Below are positions 40,091 through 51,493 of a stretch of DNA of 64,000 bases, one piece after another; the first letter of the stretch is position 1; every line of letters starts with the position of its first letter. Both the position numbers and the translations under genes were made by a program. The notes under the pieces are model-generated. The model was not told the DNA's origin. It saw only the letters and a program-made list of their open reading frames with translations, and ran no database searches. Source of the DNA: an uncultured Rubripirellula sp. (GTDB taxonomy: Bacteria; Planctomycetota; Planctomycetia; Pirellulales; Pirellulaceae); contig CALKGR010000002.1 of the NCBI GenBank assembly GCA_938085445.1, forward strand, positions 32,001-96,000. Direction: 5' to 3'.

Positions 40091-40506
40091 GCTGCTAACG
40101 CTCCCCGGGACTTCTGATCTTTGCGACTCGTACTCCTAAGTATAACACGCAACACTCGACCCGCGTTGGTGGTCAGTCCACACGCAAACTACACAACGAC
40201 TCACCCGTTCCTGCTTACAGCTAGCTGCTTCCCAACTCCGACTGTACTTACAATGCTACGTCACAAGACTTGGTCGCAACCCTCGAAAACGTAACGCACC
40301 GCCTCGAATGAAAAAGCTCGCTATCGCGAGTTTGGCTTTCGAACGGACTAAATCAGCACGAAAGTGTCATTCCACCTCTCACGAAACTCTTTTCGGTTAG
40401 AATGATGGGCCAACAGAGGTAACGCGGGATTGCCACACATCACAGCAGCATGTTTTACCTCCCCAGACTTACCCCACTCCCCAAACCGCAGCTTCAGATT
40501 TACATC

Positions 40507-41229
40507 ATGAGCATTTCCCACACGTTGTCTTTTATCCTCTGCATGTCGTTCCTTCCGGTGGTCACTGCAGAGGAACTAACACCTCTTTTTAATGGCAAGA
40601 CCCTCGAAGGTTGGGCCGGCCAATCCGGTTTCTGGAGCGTCCAGGACGGCGCAATCGTTGGCGAAACCACCAAGGAGAATCCGGCAAAGCCCAACACATT
40701 CCTCGTCTGGCAAGGCGGAGAGTTGTCCGACTTCGAACTCACCTGTAAAGTTCGTTTCCGGGGCAATAATTCCGGCGTGCAATATCGCAGTGAACTGACG
40801 GACCCCGAGAAGTTCGCCTTGAAGGGATACCAAGCTGATCTTCACCCCAAGCCTGAGTACTTTGGGATGATGTACGGAGAGAAAACTGGCCGAGGGGTTA
40901 TCGCACAACGATTCCAACGTGCTGTCGCAGGCCCCAAAGGCAAAGCAAAGGTCATTGCATCCATCGGTGATCCTGAGCAGAAGTTGGTTGATTGGGATTG
41001 GAACACGCTGCGAATTGTTGCTGTTGGGAACCAGCTCATCCATCAAGTTAATGGTGTCAACACAATGGAACTGATTGATAACCATCCCGAAGCATTTTCA
41101 AAGGGCGTTCTTGGCCTCCAACTGCACGCAGGTGCGCCGATGCGCGTCGAGTTCAAAGACATTCAGTACCGTCCCCTCAAAGGAAAAGAGGCAAAAGCGG
41201 TACTCAATGCTGCAATCGAAAAGCAGTGA
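40507..41229 (+). CDS. DUF1080 (3-keto-disaccharide hydrolase-like) secreted protein
   Basis: LFNGKTLEGW, WSVQDGAIVG, NSGVQYR, YQAD, WNTLRI, GVLGLQLH..VEFKDI. Confidence 0.92.
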   Translation: MSISHTLSFILCMSFLPVVTAEELTPLFNGKTLEGWAGQSGFWSVQDGAIVGETTKENPAKPNTFLVWQGGELSDFELTCKVRFRGNNSGVQYRSELTDPEKFALKGYQADLHPKPEYFGMMYGEKTGRGVIAQRFQRAVAGPKGKAKVIASIGDPEQKLVDWDWNTLRIVAVGNQLIHQVNGVNTMELIDNHPEAFSKGVLGLQLHAGAPMRVEFKDIQYRPLKGKEAKAVLNAAIEKQ

Positions 41230-41273
41230 CGCCCATTCATGACGTCAATCATCCTCCACCCTCGGTTTCGTCG

Positions 41274-41330
41274 ACCGAGACCGACTCGTACAACCGATTC
41301 CGAGTTGTCCGACCGATTCCGAGTCGTGCG
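41274..41330. repeat. Three imperfect 19-bp tandem repeats
   Basis: ACCGAGACCGACTCGTACA / ACCGATTCCGAGTTGTCCG / ACCGATTCCGAGTCGTGCG. Confidence 0.7.
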
Positions 41331-41404
41331 GCGGCAGGAAGATTTTCACTTCTGCCGGAATCTAACCAGGCACCATCCCAGCACCCAAACTCAATGGCTA
41401 CCCC

Positions 41405-42391
41405 GTGAATCGCATCGTAATCACGTCGCTGATCCTTGCATTCGTTTTAATGATGCAGCCTGCCTCACACCAGTTGGCTGTTGCGCAGCAACTTGGGAAT
41501 GTCGCACGTGAACAACCTGTGCGTCGACCCGCAAAGTATTCTCCTGAAATACCACCTGCTACGTTTTCCGAAATAGCTTACGGACTGCACCCGCGGCAGG
41601 TCCTCGATTTCTGGAAAGCTTCATCCAGTGAACCGACGCCGGTCGCGTTCGTGATTCACGGCGGTGGTTGGAAAGGAGGCTCAAAGGAATGGGTCCATCG
41701 ATTCGTCGAAGTTAACGACCTGCTCAGTGCTGGCGTCTCTGTCGTCGCAATCAACTACCGATATGTAACACAGGCTGAGAAGGACGCGAGCACTCCACCA
41801 GTTCACGCCCCACTACACGATGCCGCGCGAGCACTCCAGTTTGTGCGATCGAAGTCGCAGGAGTGGAACATCGACAAGGGCAAGATTGGTGCTGCTGGCG
41901 GTTCTGCAGGCGCGTGCTCCAGCTTATGGCTCGCGTTTCATGACGATATGCAGGACCCAACAAACCGCGATCCCGTTTCCCGTGAATCAACGCGACTTCA
42001 ATGTGCCGCCGTCCGTGGTGCTCAAACCACCTTGGACCCGAAACAAATGCGGGAATGGACACCCAACAGTAAATATGGAGGGCACGCCTTCGGAATCCAA
42101 GGAAAAGGTTTCGAGGTCTTTTACAACGCCAGACCAAGACTCCTCAGCTGGATCAACGAATATTCACCCTACGCCCTCGTCAGCAGAGACGATCCGCCGG
42201 TCGCTCTTTATTACACTGCCAAACCGGAACTTGGAAAACCACAAAAAGATCCGACGCATACCGCCAATTTTGGCGTGAAGCTGCAGGAGCATTGCCTCGC
42301 GACCGGAACAGATTGCCATTTGATTTATCCTGGAGTCATCAACCCTCAACACCCCACCCCGACCAGTTTTCTGATTCAGAAATTAAAGTAA
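41405..42391 (+). CDS. Secreted alpha/beta hydrolase (HSL/BD-FAE-like esterase)
   Basis: IHGGGW oxyanion motif, GGSAG nucleophile elbow, signal peptide. Confidence 0.9.
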   Translation: MNRIVITSLILAFVLMMQPASHQLAVAQQLGNVAREQPVRRPAKYSPEIPPATFSEIAYGLHPRQVLDFWKASSSEPTPVAFVIHGGGWKGGSKEWVHRFVEVNDLLSAGVSVVAINYRYVTQAEKDASTPPVHAPLHDAARALQFVRSKSQEWNIDKGKIGAAGGSAGACSSLWLAFHDDMQDPTNRDPVSRESTRLQCAAVRGAQTTLDPKQMREWTPNSKYGGHAFGIQGKGFEVFYNARPRLLSWINEYSPYALVSRDDPPVALYYTAKPELGKPQKDPTHTANFGVKLQEHCLATGTDCHLIYPGVINPQHPTPTSFLIQKLK

Positions 42392-42685
42392 ATCACACCC
42401 TTGGTGAGCCAACAGCTCCTGAAACGGTCGAAAACAAAACCCTTATTCGTTGAACGAACCCGAACCGTCATAACACTTGCCATCTCCTCCATGACGGATC
42501 GGTTCTCTCATCAGCCAGTCTTATCAACGGCAACGACTATCGTTCATTTTTGACCTGCCGAAACCTAATAACAAGCCGGTCCCCCAAGGTGCCGCGTTCA
42601 CAGCATTGCCATGCCATCGAGAAAAAGAGTGTTGCAAAAACAGTTTCCAGATGACCCGCAAACAATTCAAGAGTGAGACGAATTC

Positions 42686-44308
42686 GTGACCATCCGTGTC
42701 TGGTTAGCTTGTATCTCCTTGATCTTAACGGTTCCGGGCTCTTGCTTCAGCGGGAAAACTTCTCGACCAAATATCGTGTTGATCCTTGCGGACGACTTGG
42801 GCTACAGCGACCTCGGCTGCTTTGGCGGAGAGATTGATACGCCCTCACTTGATTCGCTTGCTTCCGCTGGAGTGCGATTGACCCACTTCTATACCACGGG
42901 AAGATGCTGTCCATCTCGGGCCGCCCTGCTGACCGGCCACTATCCACATCGTGTAGGCCTCGGGCACATGGCAGGAAACGATCTTGAGCGTCCTGGTTAT
43001 CGAGGACGCGTTGCTGAACACGCCATCACTCTCGCCGAAACGTTATCCGAAGCCGGCTACCGCACTTACATGTCTGGCAAATGGCACTTGGGAACCAAAG
43101 ATCCAATCAATCACGGGTTTGAACAGTTCTACGGCACACTCGTCAGTGCCAAACGTTTTTTTGATCCTGACCACCTCATCCGATTACCCGGTGACCAGCC
43201 ACCCCGCAAATACAAAAGCAATCAGTACTACGCAACAGATGCCGTCACCGACCACGCTCTCGATTTCATTGATAACGCACGCACGACGCCCGAAAAACCT
43301 TTCTTTCTATACCTTGCCTATCATGCGCCTCATTTTCCGCTCCAAGCTCCGCATGAATGGATACAAAAATACCAAAAACGTTATTCCACTGGTTGGGATC
43401 AACTCCGCACCGAACGCCTCGCACGAATGAAGGAAATGGGAATTCTTCCCCCACATACGAAACTAAGTCCACGCTCAACATGGAAGAACTACGGTGAAAC
43501 CAAGAGCGGAACCAATCCTGCTTGGAACACCCTTACAGAACCCCGCAAAAAAGATCTTGCCCGACGGATGGCAATCTACGCAGCCATGGTTGACCGTATG
43601 GATCAACAAATTGGCCGAGTAGTTAAAGCCTTAAAAGACGAAAACAAACTCACCAACACCCTGATTATCTTCACTTCCGACAACGGTGCCTGCTTCGAAT
43701 GGGATCCATTCGGCTTCGATGTCAAATCAAGCAATCACAACATCCTGCATGAAGGGTCAGCCCTTGAGCAAATGGGCAGTAGCAGCACATTTCACAGCCT
43801 TGGATCCGGTTGGGCAAATGCCTGCAACACTCCTTGGCGGCTATACAAACATTTTAACCACGAAGGTGGCATCTCATCTCCTGCGATTATCCACTGGCCA
43901 AACCAGGCGTCACTCAAGCCTGGAACGATTCATACCACGCCGGCCCACTTGATCGACATTTACCCAACTTTGCTTTCCGTCGCAGGCTCCCCGTACCAGG
44001 GGCCCACCCCACTCCCCGGCCTCAACCTGTTCACGGACTCCGACAGCCTCAACAGTGAACGAACTTTGTTTTTTGAACATCAAGGAAACCGCGCAGTGCG
44101 ACAGGGCCGCTGGAAGCTAGTCGCACTCGATGATCAGCCGTGGGAATTATATGACCTGAGAACTGATCGTATCGAATCAACGAATCTTGCCAAAATGAAA
44201 CCCAGTAAAACTTCTGAACTAGACGCGAAATGGAAGCAGTGGGCCTTAAAGAACCATGTCACTCCTCTGCCTCGAGATCTGAAAGTGAAATACTTGAAAC
44301 CTGATTGA
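42686..44308 (+). CDS. Arylsulfatase (S1)
   Basis: [44 protein letters not shown]. Confidence 0.94.
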   Translation: MTIRVWLACISLILTVPGSCFSGKTSRPNIVLILADDLGYSDLGCFGGEIDTPSLDSLASAGVRLTHFYTTGRCCPSRAALLTGHYPHRVGLGHMAGNDLERPGYRGRVAEHAITLAETLSEAGYRTYMSGKWHLGTKDPINHGFEQFYGTLVSAKRFFDPDHLIRLPGDQPPRKYKSNQYYATDAVTDHALDFIDNARTTPEKPFFLYLAYHAPHFPLQAPHEWIQKYQKRYSTGWDQLRTERLARMKEMGILPPHTKLSPRSTWKNYGETKSGTNPAWNTLTEPRKKDLARRMAIYAAMVDRMDQQIGRVVKALKDENKLTNTLIIFTSDNGACFEWDPFGFDVKSSNHNILHEGSALEQMGSSSTFHSLGSGWANACNTPWRLYKHFNHEGGISSPAIIHWPNQASLKPGTIHTTPAHLIDIYPTLLSVAGSPYQGPTPLPGLNLFTDSDSLNSERTLFFEHQGNRAVRQGRWKLVALDDQPWELYDLRTDRIESTNLAKMKPSKTSELDAKWKQWALKNHVTPLPRDLKVKYLKPD

Positions 44309-44406
44309 CCCCATCATGCTCGGGTTGCCATTCCAGCAGTCACACTCGCAAGCCTGTTCCCAAAGTCACTAAGCATCCTCAAGTCAAATCGACTCCCCCG
44401 ACAAGA

Positions 44407-45918
44407 ATGAATACCAATCCATCGCTGATTACCAAATCACTACTGTTCATAGTCCTTCTGTGCCTTTTCGATTACAAAGTCACTGCACAACCACCTACCG
44501 CCGCCGATGCAACATCGCAGGCTCGTCCAAACATTGTTTGGATTCTGGTCGACGACATGTCTGGCCATTTTGGTTATCAAGGCGAGTCGCTCGTCTCAAC
44601 GCCCAATGTAGATCGTCTTGCAAAGGAGGGCATTGCCTTCACCCGCGCGTACGCCACCGCTCCCGTCTGCTCAACCTTCCGATCCGCCCTTATCACCGGC
44701 ATGTATCAGACAAGCATTGGTGCCCATCATCATCGCAGTTCCAGAGGTAAGCTAAAAATCAAGTTACCGCAGGGCGTTGTTCCTATTCCCCAGTTGTTTC
44801 GTGATGCGGGCTACTACACCTCAAACGGAAATGAGAGCGGGTCTCGATCTGGAAAAGAGGACTATAACTTTGAGTACAGAAAACAGGACTTGTATGATGG
44901 CTCCGACTGGAGTGGACGAAAAAAGAATCAGCCATTTTTTGCACAGTTCCAACTCCGCGGCGGAAAGCACAGAAACATCCCCGAAAACTACGCGCGGATA
45001 CGTAGTGAGCTGCACTCTCCGATTGACCCCACAAGCGTCGAACTGCCTCCTTACTATCCCGATCATCCCGTCATACGCGAGGACTGGGCCGCGTATCTCG
45101 ACTCGGTGAACCAAACGGACATTGAGGTTGGAAAGATCATCACTAAGTTGAAAAATGCTAAAGTCCTCGACAATACAATCATTTTTTTCCTCACTGATCA
45201 TGGGATCAGCCACGCTCGTGGGAAGCAGTTTCTTTACGAAGAGGGTTTAAGCATTCCCTTCATTGCGTGGGGACCAGAATTGCCAGCCGCAGCTTCTGTG
45301 CGTGACGACCTCGTAGCTCACATCGATCTTGCCGCAACATCTTTGCACTTAGCTGGTATCCCGATTCCGAAAACAATGCAGGGACGTTCGCTGTTCGCTC
45401 AAGATTTCCAGCCACGTTCCTACGTTGTTTCTGCCCGTGATCGATGCGATGAGACAGTCGATCACATTCGCAGTATTCGAGAAGGGGAGTACAAGTACAT
45501 AAGAAATTACCTTCCACAACGACCGTATCTGCAACCCTGTAAATACAAGGATGAGAAACCGTTCATGCCCGTGCTAAGGCAACTTTACGCAGCAGGAAAA
45601 CTTAATACGGCACAATCATTAATCATGGCAAACCAACGACCGACCGAGGAATTGTACAACCTCGATATTGATCCCTGGGAACTCAACAATCTCGCAGACG
45701 TCCCATCACAACAAAAGCGGTTACAGAAGTATCGCAAACTGCTCAGCCAATGGGAACGTGACAGTAATGACCAAGGACGTGTTTTCGAGGATACCAGAAT
45801 GTACGATAGTGATATGAGTGTCTACATACACAGGTTGCGCAGTCGACATCCGGAAAAGGTAAAGACCATTGAGCAAAACATCGCATTGATGAAAAAATGG
45901 CAACAGGATGGAAAGTAA
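44407..45918 (+). CDS. S1 sulfatase with variant CSTFR motif
   Basis: [33 protein letters not shown]; likely ATG 44407. Confidence 0.9.
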   Translation: MNTNPSLITKSLLFIVLLCLFDYKVTAQPPTAADATSQARPNIVWILVDDMSGHFGYQGESLVSTPNVDRLAKEGIAFTRAYATAPVCSTFRSALITGMYQTSIGAHHHRSSRGKLKIKLPQGVVPIPQLFRDAGYYTSNGNESGSRSGKEDYNFEYRKQDLYDGSDWSGRKKNQPFFAQFQLRGGKHRNIPENYARIRSELHSPIDPTSVELPPYYPDHPVIREDWAAYLDSVNQTDIEVGKIITKLKNAKVLDNTIIFFLTDHGISHARGKQFLYEEGLSIPFIAWGPELPAAASVRDDLVAHIDLAATSLHLAGIPIPKTMQGRSLFAQDFQPRSYVVSARDRCDETVDHIRSIREGEYKYIRNYLPQRPYLQPCKYKDEKPFMPVLRQLYAAGKLNTAQSLIMANQRPTEELYNLDIDPWELNNLADVPSQQKRLQKYRKLLSQWERDSNDQGRVFEDTRMYDSDMSVYIHRLRSRHPEKVKTIEQNIALMKKWQQDGK

Positions 45919-46046
45919 CCTGCCGAAATGCGGAAAAAAAAGTGTCGTCGTTTTGAACTTTGAAAAAAGAGCAACCCCCGCCAAAAGACCAACGTCCAAT
46001 CAACCCGACGACGAGTCTCCCAACTTACCCAAGCAAGTTTCAGGTC

Positions 46047-47675
46047 ATGATGCCATCATCCTCTTTTTTCCATTTGCAGCGTCAGACTACTCTTGGCCTG
46101 TTTGCTTTCTGCATCACCTGCACCGAATTAGCGACGGCAACAGAAATACCATTGCCAAACATTATCATTGTCTATGCTGATGACTTGGGATTCGGTGATC
46201 TCTCCTGTTACAACCCAAAGGCAGCCTACCGAACTCCCCGCTTGGACCAGATGGCCGCCGAGGGAATACGTTTTACTGACGCACACAGTCCCTCAACCAT
46301 CTGTTCACCATCGCGTTACGGACTGTTCTCTGGTCAGCAGATCTACCGCTCTACGGGCCGAGGCGGTGGAGCGTTTGAGGGTCCCGGTGGCCCGAGCTAT
46401 CTGAAACCTGGCACACTCACCTTGGCTGAAATGCTCAAGAGGCAGGGATATCACACTGGCGTCTTTGGTAAATGGCACGTTGGTCTCACCTGGGTCGACA
46501 AAAACAGTCAACGGCTAGGAGGTGGCTTTGAAAATTCACTGTTGATTGATTACGAAAAGAGCACCCCACTCGTTGACGGTCCCAACGCCCGAGGTTTCGA
46601 TGAATCGTTCGTTACCCCGAACTGCCCCAATACAGATCCCCTCTACATTTACATTGAAAACGGGATGGTAAGCAAACCTGCAAGTCAGCGACACAAGCGA
46701 GACACCCTACCGAACCTGGGTGGTAAATGGCTTTGGGATAATGACGAAGGTTGGAAATCACCAGGCTACGATTTCATCAACGCTGACTTACTATTTTACG
46801 AGAAGACCAAAGCCTTCATCGAACGGCACCGCGCTACTAACGCACACAAGCCCTTTTTTGCCGTACTCTCAACCCAAATCGCTCACGCCCCCGTCCTGCC
46901 GGCTCCCGAATTCAATAATGCAACGAAGGCTGGACCTCGCGGCGATTTCGTCTGGGAACTCGATGTTTTGGTAGGTCGTCTGCTCGACCTGGTTCGTGAG
47001 CAAGGAATCGACGACAACACTCTGATCATCTTCAATGCGGATAACGGTGCCGAAACCTTACATGTCGATTGGATGAGGCGTGACCATCAACATGATGCCT
47101 CGGGGGGATATCGAGGCATGAAGCGAGACGGCTGGGAGGGTGGACACCGTGTACCGATGATTGCACGATGGCCAACCGTAATTCCAACCAATCAAGTATC
47201 TGATCAGATGACCAACACTACCGATTTGTTCGCAACCTTAGCGTCAGTCACTGGCTACCATCTGCAACCAAAAGATGCAACCGACAGCTTTGATATGATG
47301 CCCGTGATGCTGGGACTTGTCGAAGACTCAAACCCAATACGCCCCCACTTATTGACCCAAAGCTTCCGCGGTGAATTCCAAATCAGACAAGGACAATGGA
47401 AATATCTTGACCACACAGGCTCTGGCGGAAACAATTACGACCGACCACCACTCAGACAATACGCTCTGCCCGAGAATGCTCCCGACGCGACTGGCCAACT
47501 GTACAATCTTGAAACGGACCCAGGTGAAACAACCAACCTATACTTTGAAGCACCGGACAAACGAAAACAACTACAGACACTGCTGCAGCAACTGAAGAAC
47601 TCAGGCCGCAGCGCGCCGAGGAAACGCTTGCCCATGGGAATCAAAAAGATCCGCAGTTTTGCCACCCAACAATAA
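46047..47675 (+). CDS. Arylsulfatase (S1)
   Basis: PNIIIVYADDLGFGD, CSPSRY, GKWHVG, ADNG, WEGGHRVP; likely ATG 46047. Confidence 0.92.
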   Translation: MMPSSSFFHLQRQTTLGLFAFCITCTELATATEIPLPNIIIVYADDLGFGDLSCYNPKAAYRTPRLDQMAAEGIRFTDAHSPSTICSPSRYGLFSGQQIYRSTGRGGGAFEGPGGPSYLKPGTLTLAEMLKRQGYHTGVFGKWHVGLTWVDKNSQRLGGGFENSLLIDYEKSTPLVDGPNARGFDESFVTPNCPNTDPLYIYIENGMVSKPASQRHKRDTLPNLGGKWLWDNDEGWKSPGYDFINADLLFYEKTKAFIERHRATNAHKPFFAVLSTQIAHAPVLPAPEFNNATKAGPRGDFVWELDVLVGRLLDLVREQGIDDNTLIIFNADNGAETLHVDWMRRDHQHDASGGYRGMKRDGWEGGHRVPMIARWPTVIPTNQVSDQMTNTTDLFATLASVTGYHLQPKDATDSFDMMPVMLGLVEDSNPIRPHLLTQSFRGEFQIRQGQWKYLDHTGSGGNNYDRPPLRQYALPENAPDATGQLYNLETDPGETTNLYFEAPDKRKQLQTLLQQLKNSGRSAPRKRLPMGIKKIRSFATQQ

Positions 47676-47740
47676 CTAGCCCCGATGCTAATAGCCTGCC
47701 AGCAGACGGCTAGTAACCAGTAACGGGCAACTTTCAGTCA

Positions 47741-48358
47741 CTAACCCTCACCAGTGCATTCACGCTCAAACTGGGTAACAAATGCTCGCATGAAGTCCTC
47801 CCGAGACTTTGCCATCAACCGTCCTGCGTCCGTATTCATCAAGTCCCGCAACTTGAATAGTTTTTCGTGGAAATGACCAATCCCAGACTTCTGGTTTTCA
47901 CCATTGGGAGAATAAAAAGGCTGATCAAAAACAGCGCCAAACTCGACCGTCCTCACGATTCCGATTGCGCCCAACGCATCCAAACGGTCTGCATCCTGCA
48001 CCACCTGCCCCTCGAGAGAAAGAGCTTCGGCTGTATCGCGTTTGCGAAAAGAGATGTTATCAACAACCTGCGCTACGTGATTGATAGTAACTTCATCAAC
48101 ACCCAATTGGGTCAAGATCTCAATCGTAAATTCTGCGCTTCGTTCTTTACCATTGTGAAACTTTGCGTCTCCGATATCGTGAAGAAGTGCAGCCAGCTCG
48201 ATCACGTAAGAATCACCACCGCATGTCCTGTTAAGCTTGCGGGCGGTTGCCCAAACTCGTTGAATATGGTCGTACCCGTGACCTGCGCCTTGGTCAGCCA
48301 ATCTTGACTGCACAATGAACGCCACCTGTTCTATCAATTGCTGCTGGTTAAGACCCAC
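47741..48358 (-). CDS. HD-domain phosphohydrolase
   Basis: GHGYDHIQRV, AALLHDIGD, VQDADRLDALGAIG, HFHEKL; likely GTG 48358 after GAGGA. Confidence 0.9.
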   Translation of the reverse strand: MGLNQQQLIEQVAFIVQSRLADQGAGHGYDHIQRVWATARKLNRTCGGDSYVIELAALLHDIGDAKFHNGKERSAEFTIEILTQLGVDEVTINHVAQVVDNISFRKRDTAEALSLEGQVVQDADRLDALGAIGIVRTVEFGAVFDQPFYSPNGENQKSGIGHFHEKLFKLRDLMNTDAGRLMAKSREDFMRAFVTQFERECTGEG

Positions 48359-49855
48359 GATTTCCTCATCCACGTCTTTTGACTCAATGACAAACCCTCT
48401 TACTTGTATAACGCAATGCATACGTGAGAAGGAAGATACCAAAACCACAACGTGCCGCATTCAGGTGTATTTTCATAGGTATAACGAAGACGCCCCTCTG
48501 TTCGCTGATTCGTTTTCCGAAATTGGAAAGCTGGCTTTTTTAGAAATGCACACACTCACCTAAATACGAAACACACACCGGCGTTAACGCCGCATCCCCG
48601 CGGCACCATCGAAAACTGTTTGTTGATACACCTGCCAAACACGCAGGGCTTGGCCACTGTCGGACACAGCACAAAAAACCTAGCCGTTGGCTTTACCGAA
48701 AGCCCCAAAGTCGGACAAACGACGCCGTGGCGAAAATTGCCGACCCTGAGCAAAACGACGGCATGCAAAGACCGCCTCGTGTACACGTATAGAAAGGTAG
48801 GACGGTGTTCTGAACTCAGCTCTCCCCATTTGAATGGGGCCTCTGAGCGAGCTCCACCCGATTACCACAGTTTCAAAGCAAACGGTGTAAAGATAAAGAC
48901 TGACTAATCGTGCAACGAGCAGAGCAGATAGACACTCTTCATCCAAAATGCCCCGGTGAAACACACCTGGTCCCTAATAGGGGATCGCGTGCTTTTTCAG
49001 CGAACCAATTTCACAAATCGTTGTCGACACTGCGACCATGAAAACCAAGAAAACTGCTACTTTGCCGACCACGCAAGCCGTCGGGGACAGATTCGCCTGA
49101 ACAGTCAGAAAAGGAACACGCAACTGCAACGCGAGTATCTTCAAAGTGTACGTGCCAATTCCAAATCAACTGTACATTGCGAAACAATCAACGCCGAGGC
49201 ACTGTTGGGATTCGCATACCAACTACAATACGGAAACTCAAAAAATCGAAGCTTCAGTCCACGACCACGCAGTACATGCAAAAGTATGGGACTGCATGGA
49301 ACCCACCGTATCTACTTGCAACTGCCAAGGTGAAACGTGCGTGTAATGACCATCATGGCGAGTAAAATCCCGCATCCACCAATTGAACCGTTTCGTTTGC
49401 TCAAGGTGTTAACCAGTGGAAACAAGCGTCTCAGAGGCACCGCATTACCGGACAGCGTTCGACTCTAACTTTCCATCTACCCATGAAGGAAAGCATGGCA
49501 CCGAGTTTAACGGCCACTGAGACGCAACTTCGCTTCCATCAAATTCAGCATATCGGTTTACGCATCCAGTTGTAGGTCCAATAAAATCGAGTATTCGGTA
49601 TTCACATCATTCTCGCTTATATTCCCTGCTCCAGAACGTTGGCCACACGACCAGTCACTTGGTGACATGCTCCCACGTACGTGCCACGCCAATAACGGGT
49701 AAACTCTTGGGGACCCCAGAAACGTGAGTAGTACAAGTCCAATCGGTGGCAAGAGCAAGTACCGGTGGAAAGCCAACTGAAAAACCAGGGGCAACTAGAA
49801 TTCATGTCGCGCCAAGCAAAGTGAAAAGCGTTTCACCAACAATGCAACAAATGAA

Positions 49856-50548
49856 ATGAAGCGCCGCCAAACCTTGTTAATCCTCTTGATCTTCGCTGCT
49901 GCGATGGCGTTGCTCGAAGCTGCCGTTGTCATTTACATGCGGCGGCTGTTTTACCCTGAGAATCCCCTAGATCTTTTCCCTTTAACATTTTTGGGCTCAT
50001 ACGATCCCATTTTGGAACTCGCGCGAGAACTATCAACCATCGTCATGTTGGGGACGGTCGCGCTGCTGGCTGAACGCTCTAGCTTGAACCGTTCGTTTGC
50101 AGCCTTCGTATTTGTGTTCGGTGTCTGGGATATACTGTATTACGCTTGGCTCAAAGCGTTGCTTGGCTGGCCACGTGAATTGCTCGAATGGGACGTACTC
50201 TTTTTGGTCCCATCCATTTGGCTCGGTCCATGGATTTGCCCAGCACTGATCGCACTAATGTTCGTGGTCTGGGGCACCCCGATGTTGCTTAGTCAAAGTG
50301 AACATACCCTTACCAAGAAGGGTTTTTTAACCTTTACGATTGGCGCAATTGGAGGCCTCGTGACGTTCCTCCAACCGGCGGTCCCAATCTGGTGGGAGGG
50401 TGGAACGACGAACCTCATGGCTTACCGACCTGGCAACTTTTGGTGGTGGTTATTCATTCCATCCTATATGGTGATGGCTATTGGCTTGGGAAGTTGCTTT
50501 TGGTGTGAAAAAACACAGGGCGCAGCATCTCCCAAAATCGACAATTGA
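49856..50548 (+). CDS. Multi-pass membrane hypothetical protein
   Basis: About six hydrophobic segments; LEAAVVIYMR, RELSTIVML, FGVWDILYY, WDVLFL.P..W.GP look like conserved-family motifs. Confidence 0.8.
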   Translation: MKRRQTLLILLIFAAAMALLEAAVVIYMRRLFYPENPLDLFPLTFLGSYDPILELARELSTIVMLGTVALLAERSSLNRSFAAFVFVFGVWDILYYAWLKALLGWPRELLEWDVLFLVPSIWLGPWICPALIALMFVVWGTPMLLSQSEHTLTKKGFLTFTIGAIGGLVTFLQPAVPIWWEGGTTNLMAYRPGNFWWWLFIPSYMVMAIGLGSCFWCEKTQGAASPKIDN

Positions 50549-50593
50549 ATCCTCGAATCCCAAATTCCGAAACTGCTGTACCGGATAATTGTT

Positions 50594-50625
50594 CCTTGAT
50601 CTGACCCTTCATGCCTTGATCTGAC
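50594..50625 (+). promoter_or_regulatory. Exact 12-bp direct repeat with 20-bp period upstream of the His-rich lipoprotein gene
   Basis: CCTTGATCTGAC at 50594-50605 and 50614-50625; regulatory role is inferred only. Confidence 0.4.
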
Positions 50626-50639
50626 ACTAGACTTCATTG

Positions 50640-51431
50640 ATGAGACAGATAACTTGCTTAATGATCGTGCTGGCAGCGATTGCGGGATGCCGCGATCAGG
50701 ACGAGGTTGCGTCCTTGACGCCTCCCTCTGCGAGCATGGTTTCAACGGACCTGCAAGACGATTTGTGGCATGCCCATCGCCATGTTCATGATAACGTCCA
50801 GGTACACGATCACGAGCATGCAGCGGGGTTTCTAGGTGGACACGAGCATCCCCATGGACACACACACCGCCACGCAGACACCCCTTTAGGTGGTGTCGTC
50901 GTGAGTTTGCAGCGTCACGCGACACCCGGCCAACTTCCAGGCAACAGCCGCATCATTCCTCCCCGCCCGCACCTCGAAATACTGCCAGGCTTGCCCACTG
51001 CGTTAAGCTTTTGCCTGCTTTCGGAGGAATTGCCTCCAAATCCAGACAGGTTCGTATCCAGTCCCACGCATAGAAATGTCGACGTAACACAGCCTTCTGC
51101 GGATACGACGAAGGAAGCTTTCCCTCCTGATAAGACGCAGGGCTGGTCTTATTGGAGCCCTGACCTGCCAACCATCACGATCCAATTTCAGCTCGAGGGT
51201 ACGGAATACACGCTCATCTGCCCAAGACGTAAGGAGATTGCCGGAGAACGGAAGAATTTCCATCAACACATCTTCAGTTCAAAATTACCCGAAGCACTGC
51301 GGGAGCGACTCGCAAGCACAGAAGCCAGATTGCGAGTAGCTAAACTCACGGTCGAGTTGGGGCAAACTCGGTTCGGTGTCCGCGAGCAGATTTATTTTCA
51401 GGGCGAGGAACTTTCCGTGTTTCTACAGTAG
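50640..51431 (+). CDS. His-rich lipoprotein, putative metal-binding
   Basis: Lipobox-like AAIAG-C; HAHRHVH..HDHEH..HEHPHGHTHRH; TPLGG..PHLEI. Confidence 0.75.
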   Translation: MRQITCLMIVLAAIAGCRDQDEVASLTPPSASMVSTDLQDDLWHAHRHVHDNVQVHDHEHAAGFLGGHEHPHGHTHRHADTPLGGVVVSLQRHATPGQLPGNSRIIPPRPHLEILPGLPTALSFCLLSEELPPNPDRFVSSPTHRNVDVTQPSADTTKEAFPPDKTQGWSYWSPDLPTITIQFQLEGTEYTLICPRRKEIAGERKNFHQHIFSSKLPEALRERLASTEARLRVAKLTVELGQTRFGVREQIYFQGEELSVFLQ

Positions 51432-51493
51432 AGTCACGGAAGTACCGAGAAGGCCTTTTCCGTACACAATCACTTCAAAACGGATTCTTCAAG

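Noticed and set aside
41274..41330. Short repeats as a possible CRISPR array
   Set aside because: Units are contiguous with no spacers, and no cas genes are present.
49296..49346. Cys-rich mini-ORF MEPTVSTCNCQGETCV as a metallothionein-like peptide or RiPP precursor
   Set aside because: Only 16 aa, no clear RBS and no modifying enzymes nearby.
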